64,000 nucleotides of DNA from a virus (lineage: Duplodnaviria > Caudoviricetes): IMG/VR virus record IMGVR_UViG_3300044856_000241, positions 96,001 to 160,000 of that record; one strand, 5' to 3'. The first letter of the stretch is position 1. Each line of letters begins with the position of its first letter. The position numbers and the translations under genes were made by a program. The notes under the pieces are model-generated. The model was not told where the DNA came from, did not search any database, and saw only the letters and a program-made list of their open reading frames with translations. Of this stretch, positions 1-11,152 are shown piece by piece.

Positions 1-215
1 ATCTATTGTATTTCATTTAATTTATCACTCCAAAACACTCATCTCATTATTCTTTAAAACGTACAATATTATTTACATCTGCTAATTGCTTGTAAGTTGG
101 TTCCCGTGAGCCTACAAGACAATCATCTAAGAAGTCACATATTTTATAATCACCAGGACACTCTGTTAAATACCTATAACAGTTAATACATTTTTCTAAA
201 ACAAGCCTATATTTA

Positions 216-521
216 TCACTCAAACACAATCACCTCTCCCACGAACTGTTGCAATTCTGCATTAATATCTGCTCCATAAAATCCAATTAGATCATAATTG
301 ATATATATATTTTCGATTACCAAATTTTCATCAAGCCAAACTTTTCCGATTTTCAGTTCTGATGAGTAGATATTAATATCTATTTTTTCATATGCAGAAA
401 ATATGGACAAATAATGTTCATTTTTTCTGCCGCAAACCTGATCCAAAAGTCTCGTGATATCACAATGATAGAAGCCTGTATGCATACTATGATCTATTTG
501 TTCTAATTTTATATTCTCCAC
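216..521 (-). CDS. hypothetical protein
   Basis: ORF in minus-strand gene block with SD. Confidence 0.6.
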   Translation of the reverse strand: MENIKLEQIDHSMHTGFYHCDITRLLDQVCGRKNEHYLSIFSAYEKIDINIYSSELKIGKVWLDENLVIENIYINYDLIGFYGADINAELQQFVGEVIVFE

Positions 522-885
522 CTCCTAACTCTTTAACTTTTGGTTCATAAGGTTTAGGTAGCTCCATCCACGCAGTTACCTTATCTGTAATCTCTGAATA
601 GGAATAATCTTCAAAGTAATCACACACTTCATACCAACCTTGCGGAATCCAATATGAATCATCCTCTTCTGAATATTCCCAATCGTTAGGAATACCATCA
701 TACATATTCCATCCCATATCCTCGATAGTGCAATGATGATGAGGAATATAAATTGCTTTAATAACTCTTCTATAAACATCCCCTAAATATCCTATGTGCT
801 CTACCGTTACCAAAACTTCATCCGAACAATTTTTATTCTCACATCTTGGTACTGTATTTCTATTCCATTGAGCCATTTTCTTCAC
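487..885 (-). CDS. hypothetical phage protein (DUF551-like C-terminus, VTAWMELPKPY)
   Basis: C-terminal 'V.AWM.LP.PY' motif. Confidence 0.55.
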   Translation of the reverse strand: MKKMAQWNRNTVPRCENKNCSDEVLVTVEHIGYLGDVYRRVIKAIYIPHHHCTIEDMGWNMYDGIPNDWEYSEEDDSYWIPQGWYEVCDYFEDYSYSEITDKVTAWMELPKPYEPKVKELGGGEYKIRTNRS

Positions 886-1285
886 CTCTCAATTCTTTCA
901 GTTTTGCTTCGGCTTCGGATTTTGTAAGGAATAATGTTTCGCCAAAATGGTGTAAAAAGCAAGAATCAAAATTTTCAAAAAATATCTGCATGGTATAAGA
1001 TGTTGCATATGCCTTATCAATTTCAAATTCTATCACTCTATGTTGTGATACTTTTTTACTTGCCTTATTAACTTTGTATACTATATCCCCTATCTTGCAA
1101 GGCAGAATAATAAGTCTGTTCTGCTCCTCTAAATCCTCATAATCGGTAAGTTTTTTAAGCACATCACTAATATATTTACATTTTCTTGGTGGAATATCAC
1201 AATTCCAACATATGCTACAAGTAGGACAATCTTCGTTTTTGTCTATACTAACTCCTAGTTCTGTTCTATATGTTAATCTCTCCAT
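860..1285 (-). CDS. hypothetical phage protein (MERLT...DYEDLE family)
   Basis: SD AAAGGAG; shares N-terminal motifs with 6905..7363. Confidence 0.7.
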   Translation of the reverse strand: MERLTYRTELGVSIDKNEDCPTCSICWNCDIPPRKCKYISDVLKKLTDYEDLEEQNRLIILPCKIGDIVYKVNKASKKVSQHRVIEFEIDKAYATSYTMQIFFENFDSCFLHHFGETLFLTKSEAEAKLKELRGEENGSME

Positions 1286-1328
1286 TACTGCTCCTTTCTA
1301 AAACGGACACTTTTCCTCCCAAACAAAA

Positions 1329-1814
1329 TTAACATTTCGTCTCCAAAATTTCTTTCGGACAATAGATAATTTTCTTACCTGCTTTCTGTGCTTTCCTTAT
1401 AGTTGACCATACACCACCAGATTTGTTTCCATCCCAAATTGCAATCAGTACATCGCAATGATCAACCATGTATTGATCCCTCACATTGTCACAACCTTTG
1501 TAAAATTCATCCGATAACTCGATCCATTCATCTGCATTTGTTTTAATCTCTTCATAATAATAATGCGATGAGTTATAATTTTTACATGGTAACACACAAT
1601 GTAATTTTGTATATTTTGTAAGCCATCCTAATATTGCAAAAAGGAAATCACTGCCAGATGCCATTCCACTATATACATGAAGTTCATCATTATCCGTTCT
1701 CAAATTAAACAAAGTGTCCTCTAACCATGTTCTGATTCTTGACCACTCTTTACTTGTTTCGTCTTCCGGAAGCCCTAATCTCTCAGGTCTATGTCCTGTT
1801 AATGCTACTCTCAT
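1329..1814 (-). CDS. SLOG-superfamily (DUF1273/YspA-like) protein
   Basis: TGHRP, SGMASGSD, RDQYMVD, AIWDG..SGG.WST motifs; start moved to MRVAL. Confidence 0.8.
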   Translation of the reverse strand: MRVALTGHRPERLGLPEDETSKEWSRIRTWLEDTLFNLRTDNDELHVYSGMASGSDFLFAILGWLTKYTKLHCVLPCKNYNSSHYYYEEIKTNADEWIELSDEFYKGCDNVRDQYMVDHCDVLIAIWDGNKSGGVWSTIRKAQKAGKKIIYCPKEILETKC

Positions 1815-2004
1815 TTCACCACCGCCAAACATCCACATTTATCACACATACATAACTTACCGGCGATTGCTACAAATCCGTTACCTGTTTTCTTATAAAT
1901 GTCACGCTCGAATTCATTGTAGTTATCTCCTGTTCTATATACAACCGGTTGCATAATCTCGTGACACACAGGACATAATCTTGTACTTTCTGCCATAATT
2001 ACAC

Positions 2005-2235
2005 CTACTTTCTATCTTCTACAGGAACAATAATTCTAATGTTTGACAGGATCTGCCGGATGTTCCACAGCTCACCATTAAACTCCTCATCCGTTTCAAT
2101 AAAATGTTCTGCCAAATCCTTAATTGACACTGTTTTATCTGTATCCAACATGTGTTCCACATGATCAAGATCCCAATCTGAACGTTCGTACAGTCCAGTA
2201 GACGCCAAATATTCTCTCATTTCTTCTTTTGTCAT
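2005..2235 (-). CDS. hypothetical protein
   Basis: ORF with SD AAAGGAG. Confidence 0.65.
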   Translation of the reverse strand: MTKEEMREYLASTGLYERSDWDLDHVEHMLDTDKTVSIKDLAEHFIETDEEFNGELWNIRQILSNIRIIVPVEDRK

Positions 2236-2493
2236 AAATTGTTGCTCCTTTGAAACTGCCGTTTCTACAGCTCATCAAATTCATTTTCTAACTTCTCAGT
2301 ATATTCATCAATCCACTTTTGTAACGCTGCCATCGTACTATTAGACATTCCGGCAGGAATTGAGATATTACTAAGAAGTTTGACGTCATAGTCGATTCTT
2401 CTTGCTTTTTCAAACGCTTCATATGTCATTTCAATTCGTCTCCTTTCAAAATAAGGGTTGGTCAGCGTGAAATTACCAACCAACCCTGTTATA

Positions 2494-2886
2494 TTATTCT
2501 CCGAGTCCTGCAATCATTTTATCTAGGTCTTCATCTGACATATTTTCTAACGCAGCGTCCTGGCGTTTTGCTTTAATCTCCAGAAGTCTCTGTTTCATTT
2601 CTTTATTCTTCTTTGCTTCTTCTCTTGCCTGCGCTTCAGCTAGTTTCACACCTACAATGTATTTCACAATCTCGATTTTCTCTGAAATTTCCTCGTCCTC
2701 TTTTGTTCTGGTATGGAGAAGGCTCTCTTCCTCTGACTTTTTCACTTCCTTATTTAATGTCTTAAATACGGAGTCAAGTCCTGTTACCGGAAGAGTCCAC
2801 AAATCAATCACATTGATCATACCTTTGTACGGGAACTGATAATTGTTACGTGTCGCTTTTTCAAATAAATCACTCATGATTTTCAT
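2494..2886 (-). CDS. conserved phage coiled-coil protein
   Basis: ORF; FPYKG...DLW motif, coiled-coil C-terminus. Confidence 0.7.
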   Translation of the reverse strand: MKIMSDLFEKATRNNYQFPYKGMINVIDLWTLPVTGLDSVFKTLNKEVKKSEEESLLHTRTKEDEEISEKIEIVKYIVGVKLAEAQAREEAKKNKEMKQRLLEIKAKRQDAALENMSDEDLDKMIAGLGE

Positions 2887-2899
2887 TCTCCTCTTTTTT

Positions 2900-4966
2900 T
2901 TAAAATTTAATCTTCATAATACGTTCTGTTGCACCTTTTACTTTGACAATCAATTCTGCTCTTTTTGTCATTGAGAAACCAAGACCAGAAAGCTGATCCT
3001 CGGTATCTTCTACATGGCATTTCGCACCAAGTGCTTCAAAGAATCTCTTATGCTGTGCTAATTTATTATCTAAATATTCATTGTAAAATCCGTTTGGATT
3101 CTCTGGATTGATACAGTCCTTCAAGAAGAAGAATAAATGTCTATGACCAATTCCATCCTGTTCGTCAAAATAATTTGGGCTATAACTAATTACTGATACA
3201 GGAACAAACTGGTTTGTATTTACACCCCAAATCTCACGACTTGAAATAGATGAACTTCCAGATAGCTTTTCCTTAATTGAGAAGTTGCCATTCTCGTCAA
3301 GTATAACTTCTGCCACCTGAACATTACCAGAAACAGGACTATTATATTCAAACGCAAAAATCTCACCATTGAATTCAATTTCTGCCTTAAATCCTTTACT
3401 TCCTCTCGCTGCATACTGATTAACAAAAAACTTATAAGCACCTGGCTTCATACGTGACATATCTGCCCATGTAATATTTTCCACAGAAGGTTTTCCTACC
3501 ATCTGCTCCATAGGATGTGTAATATCAATATCTAACTGACCGCCACATCTTGACATACTAGGTTTTCTACAATTACCGAAATAAATCTCGTTTCCATCAG
3601 GTTCTTTGCAATGTGCATCAAGGTCACTGTTGTCATTTTGTCCCTCATTCCACATAATTGAAAATCTGAGTACACCATCGACATTACCGCCGGCAGCTTT
3701 TACATTCTGCTTCATATCAGAATCAGTAATGTTTCCTGAATAAGCCCAAGATAATCCATTGTTCCATTTGAACATTGTCTTAGCATCTGGATTAACAGGT
3801 GCAATCATAGAAACAAAGTTCTTCTCATGTTTATTCTCTACAAAAGCTTCAATCTCCTTTGCAGTAGGAAGTACGTTATTAATGAAATCCTGTGCGGAAA
3901 TCTCTTCAACTCGTGAGAATTTTTTCGGACTTACAACAGCGTCCTTCTCCATCTGACCAAAGATATCATCAGCGTCCAACATTTTCCTGGCTGCATTTTT
4001 ATTAGAAAACAGCACATTATTTACGGTAATATCATTAAGATTTGCGAATCTTCTCTGTAATGAATCCATATAACCAAGTTCTGTAATTGTCTTTTTAGCA
4101 TCCTCAAGCATCTTCTTCGTAAAGATTGCCTTTGGTCTTCGATAGTTGATCGGAGCTACAATCTGCTCATATTTTTTAACTGCCAGATCAAGATCCATAT
4201 CTTTACTTACATTTACAAGCAATGTGCCGATGGAATGATTTCTAATTCTACCGATTGCCATGCCAGCTTTTACGGATTTCTCCCATGCATATAATTCTTC
4301 TTCTTCATCAGATTCCAAAAGCTCGTACTCTTTTTTGTATTTTCTAAACTCGGTCAGAACACTTTTCCATTCTTCACCTTTGTAGAGAGTATTAGAATTG
4401 ATTAACTCAAGAATTGTATCAAGAGCGTCCATAGTAATTTCATCCAGAGAACGTTTGAATACATTTCTTGTATCTCTGAACTGTCCTTTAACTTCCTCGT
4501 TAGAACGACTACTTCTATTTACGAACTTGCTTGGAAGCTCTAAGAAGAAATGATCCCACTGATGAGATTTTCCATCAATCTCTTCAAAATTGAAATCTGT
4601 TCCGATTTTATCAAATTTGCTGATATAAATATCTGTAACCGAATGAGATTTAACAAAAGCATCTAATGCATCACATACTGGCTGATAAGTAGTATCTCCA
4701 AGATTCAACTCCCAGATTGTATGCATCTGATTGTCTTTAATCATTACCGCATTACCAATTGATTTGATAAAATGACGACAGCATGAGCAATCATGCTCTG
4801 TCCGCTTTCGATATAACTTATTTGTTCCTGCTGGGAAACTGTTTAAATATGTCTCCCAAAGTTCACCTTTGTCCAGATTGACTTCAAACAAATAATCTGC
4901 TTTTTTCTGCATCTCATCAAAGTGTTTTTGAAGTTCCATTTTGAAGTTCATAAATCCATCTAACAT
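2900..4966 (-). CDS. large conserved phage protein with YfaP/DUF2135-like domain
   Basis: 688 aa; DLDAHCKEPDG.EIYF...GQLDIDI...VENITW motif; N-terminal HDCSCC. Confidence 0.6.
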   Translation of the reverse strand: MLDGFMNFKMELQKHFDEMQKKADYLFEVNLDKGELWETYLNSFPAGTNKLYRKRTEHDCSCCRHFIKSIGNAVMIKDNQMHTIWELNLGDTTYQPVCDALDAFVKSHSVTDIYISKFDKIGTDFNFEEIDGKSHQWDHFFLELPSKFVNRSSRSNEEVKGQFRDTRNVFKRSLDEITMDALDTILELINSNTLYKGEEWKSVLTEFRKYKKEYELLESDEEEELYAWEKSVKAGMAIGRIRNHSIGTLLVNVSKDMDLDLAVKKYEQIVAPINYRRPKAIFTKKMLEDAKKTITELGYMDSLQRRFANLNDITVNNVLFSNKNAARKMLDADDIFGQMEKDAVVSPKKFSRVEEISAQDFINNVLPTAKEIEAFVENKHEKNFVSMIAPVNPDAKTMFKWNNGLSWAYSGNITDSDMKQNVKAAGGNVDGVLRFSIMWNEGQNDNSDLDAHCKEPDGNEIYFGNCRKPSMSRCGGQLDIDITHPMEQMVGKPSVENITWADMSRMKPGAYKFFVNQYAARGSKGFKAEIEFNGEIFAFEYNSPVSGNVQVAEVILDENGNFSIKEKLSGSSSISSREIWGVNTNQFVPVSVISYSPNYFDEQDGIGHRHLFFFLKDCINPENPNGFYNEYLDNKLAQHKRFFEALGAKCHVEDTEDQLSGLGFSMTKRAELIVKVKGATERIMKIKF

Positions 4967-5207
4967 TGTTGTACTCTCCTTTTTCTTTATATATTAATAT
5001 TCTCTACAATCATATTGAATCCAAAAAGATAATTGCCAAAACAACCACTCAAACGTAAGCATTGCTCCGGTTCCATCTTTTAGATCATCACTGTCATATG
5101 AAAAATTGATTACCGGAAGGAAATTGAAATCTATACTGAAATAATCTTTGTTTTTATGTAGCAATCTATGTGCGTGTACACATAATCTTTTCTTTTTCTT
5201 CATAATA

Positions 5208-5531
5208 TTATTCTCTTCTGTTGATACCAAACAATTCACACATCTCTCCGCTTAACCGAGTAATTTTGAAAAATCTATGAGCAATCTCATCAAACATATT
5301 GCTTTCACAAATTGCTTTTGCTACTTTTAGTGGATTGCTTGACTCAATTACTTTTTCATACTCACGAATCATATCGTTATATGGCTCATAATCATACTCT
5401 CTTTTTGCAAGAACTCTTATGCGACTACGATAACATTTTTCAAGCTCTGTATTCGTAAGTTTGGAGAATAGATTTTTCGGTACTTCTTCGTCTTTATAAT
5501 CCCAATCTAATATTTTCATATCACACCTCAT
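5208..5531 (-). CDS. hypothetical protein
   Basis: ORF in block. Confidence 0.6.
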   Translation of the reverse strand: MRCDMKILDWDYKDEEVPKNLFSKLTNTELEKCYRSRIRVLAKREYDYEPYNDMIREYEKVIESSNPLKVAKAICESNMFDEIAHRFFKITRLSGEMCELFGINRRE

Positions 5532-5887
5532 AATTATCTACAAAACTCCACAATGATGTCTTGCACTGATTACACCTGTAACACTCTTCTCTTGTTACTT
5601 CATATCCGCCTGGACAATGAATTGTGCCAGTTTTACGTGCGTTTTCAACCATCTTGCTAATTGCTTCTTTTACATTTGTGTTCATATTTTCCTCTTGAAA
5701 TTTCGATTTCAGCGTTACTCTTCATAAACCAACTGATCATAGTTAGCTTTGATCCATACTTCATTATCAATTTTATCTTCATCTATACACAATGCTTCAT
5801 ATGAACCATTCAAAAATACGTCTGTATTTTCAATAAGTACACGCGCTTTCGGATCACATTTATTAAGTTGCGCCATCAGATCTTCTA

Positions 5888-6184
5888 CTAACATAAATCA
5901 TCTTCCAATCCGTACTCTTCCAGTGCTTTCCGCAAAATTTTCTCTTTGATAATTGGTTTAACTTCAGCTTTGATTTCATCGACTACTTCTTCATGAACCG
6001 CATCTGCAACATCATCTGGAGCAATTAAATACATTCTGCTTTCTCCAAAATCCTCTTTAATTTGGTGAACTATCACATTTACAATTTTCTTTTTAAGATC
6101 TTCCATATTTTTAGATCCTAAAAACTGCTCCAGCATAGATTCTTTTACTACATTATCCAATTTCTTACTGATTGATTTACTCAT
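5888..6184 (-). CDS. hypothetical protein
   Basis: ORF with SD AAGGAG. Confidence 0.65.
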   Translation of the reverse strand: MSKSISKKLDNVVKESMLEQFLGSKNMEDLKKKIVNVIVHQIKEDFGESRMYLIAPDDVADAVHEEVVDEIKAEVKPIIKEKILRKALEEYGLEDDLC

Positions 6185-6195
6185 TATTTTCTCCT

Positions 6196-6702
6196 TTACG
6201 GTAATCTAAATTCGTACTCAAAATACGATCTTGGCATTGCAATTAAGTATTGCCATTTATTTTCATTGCTAAATCGGTGTATATAAGACACTAATTCTGC
6301 TTTGTCTGCTCCATGTGTAATCGTTATATCTTTGTCCATATCTGTCTCCACTTCCTTAATCTGAATCCCACCATTCTCCACGGCACAATAATGATATATT
6401 GCTCTGCTATGATTATTCGAAGATATCATGAAGTAATTGCCAGAGTTATCTATTGGACATATCACTTCTGTATTATCAATGATTTTATCTTGCGGAAACA
6501 ACCATCCAACGGCGCATCCAAATGTAATCCATACCAAAATACCGATAAAAGAAAATGCATATGCTCTCCATATATAGCTCCATACTTTTTTGTATCCACA
6601 CCATCTTGTGTAAATTATGCCAAACACTACAAATCCAATTACATATAACATATCTATTCTCCATATATCCCTATAATTTCCTGTACGACGTATCCACTCC
6701 AC
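6196..6702 (-). CDS. membrane protein
   Basis: two N-terminal hydrophobic segments. Confidence 0.6.
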   Translation of the reverse strand: MEWIRRTGNYRDIWRIDMLYVIGFVVFGIIYTRWCGYKKVWSYIWRAYAFSFIGILVWITFGCAVGWLFPQDKIIDNTEVICPIDNSGNYFMISSNNHSRAIYHYCAVENGGIQIKEVETDMDKDITITHGADKAELVSYIHRFSNENKWQYLIAMPRSYFEYEFRLP

Positions 6703-6908
6703 GCAAATACAACTGCTGATGGTATTGCAAGGACAACTTTAATTACTAATAGGAATATCATCATTCCTGTGATGCCGGTTGACATGTATGCTGCATACAA
6801 ATGAAAGAATGGTTTCAACAGCAGCTGCCAGCCGCTTATGTAAATAAGACTCCAAATAGCGATTAGCAGGATTACGATCCGAACGATTGTGATTACTTTA
6901 TGTCTCAT
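6654..6908 (-). CDS. small membrane protein
   Basis: two hydrophobic helices. Confidence 0.6.
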   Translation of the reverse strand: MRHKVITIVRIVILLIAIWSLIYISGWQLLLKPFFHLYAAYMSTGITGMMIFLLVIKVVLAIPSAVVFAWSGYVVQEIIGIYGE

Positions 6909-7363
6909 TCTTCACCCGCTTTCCAATGTGCAACCATTTCATCCAATTGTTCTGGTGTAAATACAATATGTGTGCCATACTCATTGCTGAACGCATATTT
7001 ATGTAACATTTTTACAAACTCATCAATTGTTTCTTCTTTGATCTTATCGTTGTTCAGTTCAATCTCTGAAATTTTTTCATCGACCATTTTTTGCAAATCA
7101 TTTTTATCAAATGTGATATTTGCGAAACATTTTGTTGGTTCTCCATCACGAATCACCATTCCGCGCTCATCCAGATCCTCATAATCAGCAAGCTTGTCAA
7201 GACATTTTTGTGTTTGCTCAGTTGTCATACATCCAGCGTCACGTCCAAACAAATCATCTGTCTTGTATACAACAAATCTTTTTTCTTTTGTTTCTAATGT
7301 ACTGATTGCACTTGTTATTGTATGATGTCTTTCCGTTAATCGTTCCATATTTTCTCCTCTCAT
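6905..7363 (-). CDS. hypothetical phage protein (MERLT...LADYEDL family)
   Basis: motif shared with 860..1285. Confidence 0.65.
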   Translation of the reverse strand: MRGENMERLTERHHTITSAISTLETKEKRFVVYKTDDLFGRDAGCMTTEQTQKCLDKLADYEDLDERGMVIRDGEPTKCFANITFDKNDLQKMVDEKISEIELNNDKIKEETIDEFVKMLHKYAFSNEYGTHIVFTPEQLDEMVAHWKAGEE

Positions 7364-7725
7364 CGTTCTCCATTTATAATAGGAAGTAACACGTTTTCAA
7401 TGTAATTTTTTGAAATCACAGGTCTATCTGTTCCGCGACAAGTAATTTCAACTTCACATCCCCAGAATAGAATTCCATAGTAATTAAGTGGGTCATTGCA
7501 TAAAATAACATTGATTTCTCCATAGAAGTTATCGTCTTCATATTTTTCTCTGTCTTCTGGAGCAAGCCAACACCAAATTCCCTCTACATCTCTACCGTCG
7601 GGTGCAGTTAGATTGAATTTAGCAGTTCCATTTTTGAACTCTTCTTCAGTTAATGACTCTACAAAATCTCCTTTGTAGACAATACCACGTTCTTTACATA
7701 ATTTTTTGATTTCTTTCTGTTCCAT
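7360..7725 (-). CDS. hypothetical protein
   Basis: ORF with SD GAGGAG. Confidence 0.7.
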   Translation of the reverse strand: MEQKEIKKLCKERGIVYKGDFVESLTEEEFKNGTAKFNLTAPDGRDVEGIWCWLAPEDREKYEDDNFYGEINVILCNDPLNYYGILFWGCEVEITCRGTDRPVISKNYIENVLLPIINGER

Positions 7726-8115
7726 AATTTCTCCTCTCTTGAAATTCTCATTTTCTGTTAAATGCTATTAACAATCTTTAACAAATTTCGGGGAACTTTC
7801 TTGTGCTGTATTCCCATATGTTATATTGGATAATGCATCAACCATAAGTTTCATTCTCATTAGAATTTGTCTAGCTTCTTCTTTTTCACGTTCTCGCTTC
7901 TTGCGTTCATATTCTTTTACTTTTTGTTGTTCATCATCTGTCAACGAATTCCACCACTGATTATATAAAAATTCGTCGTACCACAAGATAGCGTTCCAGC
8001 CATTAAAGCAATACCAATGTCTGCGTTTTATTTCTGCGTTCCATGCCATGTTTATTCTCCTTTTGTCGGTCAACCCTACAGATTCCCATTTCTTATTCCC
8101 ACAGATTCGGCAATT

Positions 8116-8457
8116 TCAGTCCGATTGATTCTGATCCGTTAAGTATTCTTCATATGAACTGTACTGCTTATACGGTGCTTTTTTATTTTCTATGTACCAC
8201 CGGATAACTTTCTCCTGCGTTGCTTCTGTAACAGCAGTGGTTCGGTGAATGATTACCGGTGTTAGAATAATGATTAGCAGGATCAGTATGATTGCCAGAA
8301 TTGTTGTTATAATTTGTTTTTGTTTTAATTTTCTTGTATTGTTTGATTTACAAACTTCCATATAAGTATCTGTGAAGTATTCAATATCTTCATCTGAAGC
8401 ATTTTGAATCTTTTCTTTACACTTTGTAAGAAAATGCAAACTATTTTTTTGATTCAT
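8116..8457 (-). CDS. membrane-anchored hypothetical protein
   Basis: single strong TM helix. Confidence 0.55.
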   Translation of the reverse strand: MNQKNSLHFLTKCKEKIQNASDEDIEYFTDTYMEVCKSNNTRKLKQKQIITTILAIILILLIIILTPVIIHRTTAVTEATQEKVIRWYIENKKAPYKQYSSYEEYLTDQNQSD

Positions 8458-8808
8458 ATATTTTTAATTCTCCGTAAACCAGCAATAATATAAAAATTTA
8501 AATCTTATAATTTGCGTCGTGTTTTCTTTTACAACCATGTAAAAATACAATATTATAAAAACCTCAAATTTTACATGATCTTCGATGAGTCCATATCAGC
8601 TCACCATTCGGATCAAAAGTAACCCGTAGTCTATTGACTAATTTTTCCATTTCTTGTATACTGATGAAAGACATGTTCTATCATGTCCAGACATGAGTGA
8701 ATGAACCACATAAATCCATCATTCACACTTTTTATCACACAGCACAGGTTAATCTTTTATAAGACGTTCGATACACCGCTGTACTGTGTGATATTTTTAT
8801 TATGTAAA

Positions 8809-10434
8809 TTATCCAATCGCTGATACAGCACGATCAAAATCTCTTTTAAAATACAGATAGTTGACTCTCTGATTGTTGCTATAGTTATTGTCTTCATTCT
8901 CATGTTTATGAATCCATTCACTAAACTCATCATCCATTTCAGTTTCACAAGCTTCTGCCATAAGAGCAATTAATGCCTTGTAACATTTCTGATATAACGG
9001 AGATGTGATATGAATTGAATCCTCTACCATATCTTTATAGAGAGCAATATCTTCTGCATCTACATTAAGATCTGTGTTTTGATTAACAAACTCAACCAAT
9101 TCGTCCTCTGGAATACTTTCTTGAGGATCATCAATGATTGCAACATCTTCTGTTTTATTTGCATTTGATTCATCCTCTACTACAGTATTCTCTTCCGGAA
9201 CTACAACATCTTCGGTTTCATTTGTTTTCTGAGATTCAGGAATTTCAGTCATATCATCAGTAACTTCTACATTATCTGTATTCTCTTCGTCCTGATGTGT
9301 AATTTCAATTCCGTTGTCTGTCATGAATTTGTTAATAAGTGTATGTAAAATATGAAGTTTTGCATTAATTACTCCGCGATCTTTTGTATTTTTGCTTTCA
9401 TCAAACTCAGACCATGTAGTATCAAAAGTTTCATTATTATATGTAACTTCTACATCAATGCCGGAGTAATCATCGAAATTTTTAAGAAACTCGCCAAAAG
9501 TCTCTTTAGTAATATTATTCTCCAAGGAATCTTTAAAAAACTTCATCCAGATGAATGCATTTTTCGGAGCGAATAACTCTTCAGCAACTTCCATAGTAGT
9601 GATATCCATTAACTGATCTAAAAGATTTTTCATCTCTTCAAACATTTCATCAGTTGCTTTTCCGTCAAGATACTGCCCCATCTTCTTTGCATTTTTTGTC
9701 CAATCATCCCAAAAATTTAATGCCATGATATTTTCTGCAATAATCTGGTTGATTCTTCCATTTTTATGGAAAGTTGGACTATAGTTTGCTTTGTCAGACC
9801 AAAAATCATGTTCAGCTAAATTCTTAATATGATTACCAATCTGAGCCATTCTGGTAAGAAGAATCTGTGCAGGTCTCATTTTTGTTCCACGATTATACCG
9901 GCGGAGATGACGGGCAATCTGCTCTCTATCACATTTGAAATGTTTAGTAATAGGTACCGCACAATTATCAAATCTTTCCTGGAGAACTTTTGGAAGATCT
10001 TCATATCCTTTATTTTTTAATGAAAATGTAACTTTTTTATATACCGGATTACCATATTCATCTTTTACGAAAGCACCGTTTTCATCTTTTTTCGCTTCCT
10101 GATAAATAACTTCTTCCGGTTCAATATTATTTCCGATTTTAAAACCGCCTGCTTTGAATTTTCTAAGATAAGTAAAACGCTGAAGCCCATCAATAATCCA
10201 AAGCATGATACCGTAAGAAGTATATTCTTCACAGATAATTAATGGATTAAATTTTTCATTAAGTAATACGGTTACAATAAAATTATCTCTATCCTCATTA
10301 CTCCACTGCTCTGCTTCTCTCTGTAAAAAGAAATCATCTCTGATATCACCTCTTTCCGCCATTGCGCAAAGTGAGCTACATAAGATAGGTTCTGTAGTAG
10401 TATTCTCTGTAGTAATTTCCATTGTTTTAATCAT
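8809..10434 (-). CDS. DUF262 (ParB-like/GmrSD N-terminal) domain protein with acidic linker
   Basis: LQR...QWS and IIDGLQRFT motifs. Confidence 0.7.
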   Translation of the reverse strand: MIKTMEITTENTTTEPILCSSLCAMAERGDIRDDFFLQREAEQWSNEDRDNFIVTVLLNEKFNPLIICEEYTSYGIMLWIIDGLQRFTYLRKFKAGGFKIGNNIEPEEVIYQEAKKDENGAFVKDEYGNPVYKKVTFSLKNKGYEDLPKVLQERFDNCAVPITKHFKCDREQIARHLRRYNRGTKMRPAQILLTRMAQIGNHIKNLAEHDFWSDKANYSPTFHKNGRINQIIAENIMALNFWDDWTKNAKKMGQYLDGKATDEMFEEMKNLLDQLMDITTMEVAEELFAPKNAFIWMKFFKDSLENNITKETFGEFLKNFDDYSGIDVEVTYNNETFDTTWSEFDESKNTKDRGVINAKLHILHTLINKFMTDNGIEITHQDEENTDNVEVTDDMTEIPESQKTNETEDVVVPEENTVVEDESNANKTEDVAIIDDPQESIPEDELVEFVNQNTDLNVDAEDIALYKDMVEDSIHITSPLYQKCYKALIALMAEACETEMDDEFSEWIHKHENEDNNYSNNQRVNYLYFKRDFDRAVSAIG

Positions 10435-11152
10435 GATGTTTTACTCCTTTCGATAAATTCATAAGTATTTTTGTATTTTTCTCACGACAAATCCGTTTGA
10501 ATGAGTTGTCATAAGTTTTGGTTGTAATATGTAAGATTTCGCAAATCTCTTCTTTTTCATACCGATTTGCGATCATTAAAATTATCTCTCGTTGCAACGG
10601 AGACAGTTTATGTAAAAAAGCTAATGTCTCAGGATGCCATTTATTGTATTCTCCGTTATCCTGATCACAAACGAATTCTTCCATGTTAAATCCATCACCA
10701 ATTACTTCATGAACTCCAAGTTCATTTCCATCTTTATCTGTTTTAATCGGTGCATCCAATTTTACAGTTGGTAAGATAACTGGTCTCTTTTTACCATCTT
10801 CCTTATCTTTTACCTCGATGATTCCATTCTCATTACACAGATAATTTGTTCTACATTCTCTTCCTTGATCTCTTGACCAATCATAAAACGCTCGCGCCAG
10901 ATTAGATTTAAAATATCCTTCGAATCTACTGTTCTTCTCTTTTTCATATGTAAGTACGGATTCAATCAAGACAAACATAGCTTCGTCAATCAGATCATCA
11001 TAGAATTCATTTCCATCCAAATTCTTCCGTTTGATCATTTTGTAACAGGATTTTTTTAATAATTTCATGTCATTTTCGCAATATTCTTTGCAAATATCTA
11101 ATTGCCACGGCTCCAGATCAAGATTCTCATAGTTACTCAGTCGCATTGCCAT
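10427..11152 (-). CDS. phage sigma-70-like factor
   Basis: region-2-like DDLIDEAMFVLIESVLTY...FEGY and C-terminal HTH LSPLQREI...EEICEILHIT. Confidence 0.65.
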   Translation of the reverse strand: MAMRLSNYENLDLEPWQLDICKEYCENDMKLLKKSCYKMIKRKNLDGNEFYDDLIDEAMFVLIESVLTYEKEKNSRFEGYFKSNLARAFYDWSRDQGRECRTNYLCNENGIIEVKDKEDGKKRPVILPTVKLDAPIKTDKDGNELGVHEVIGDGFNMEEFVCDQDNGEYNKWHPETLAFLHKLSPLQREIILMIANRYEKEEICEILHITTKTYDNSFKRICREKNTKILMNLSKGVKHHD

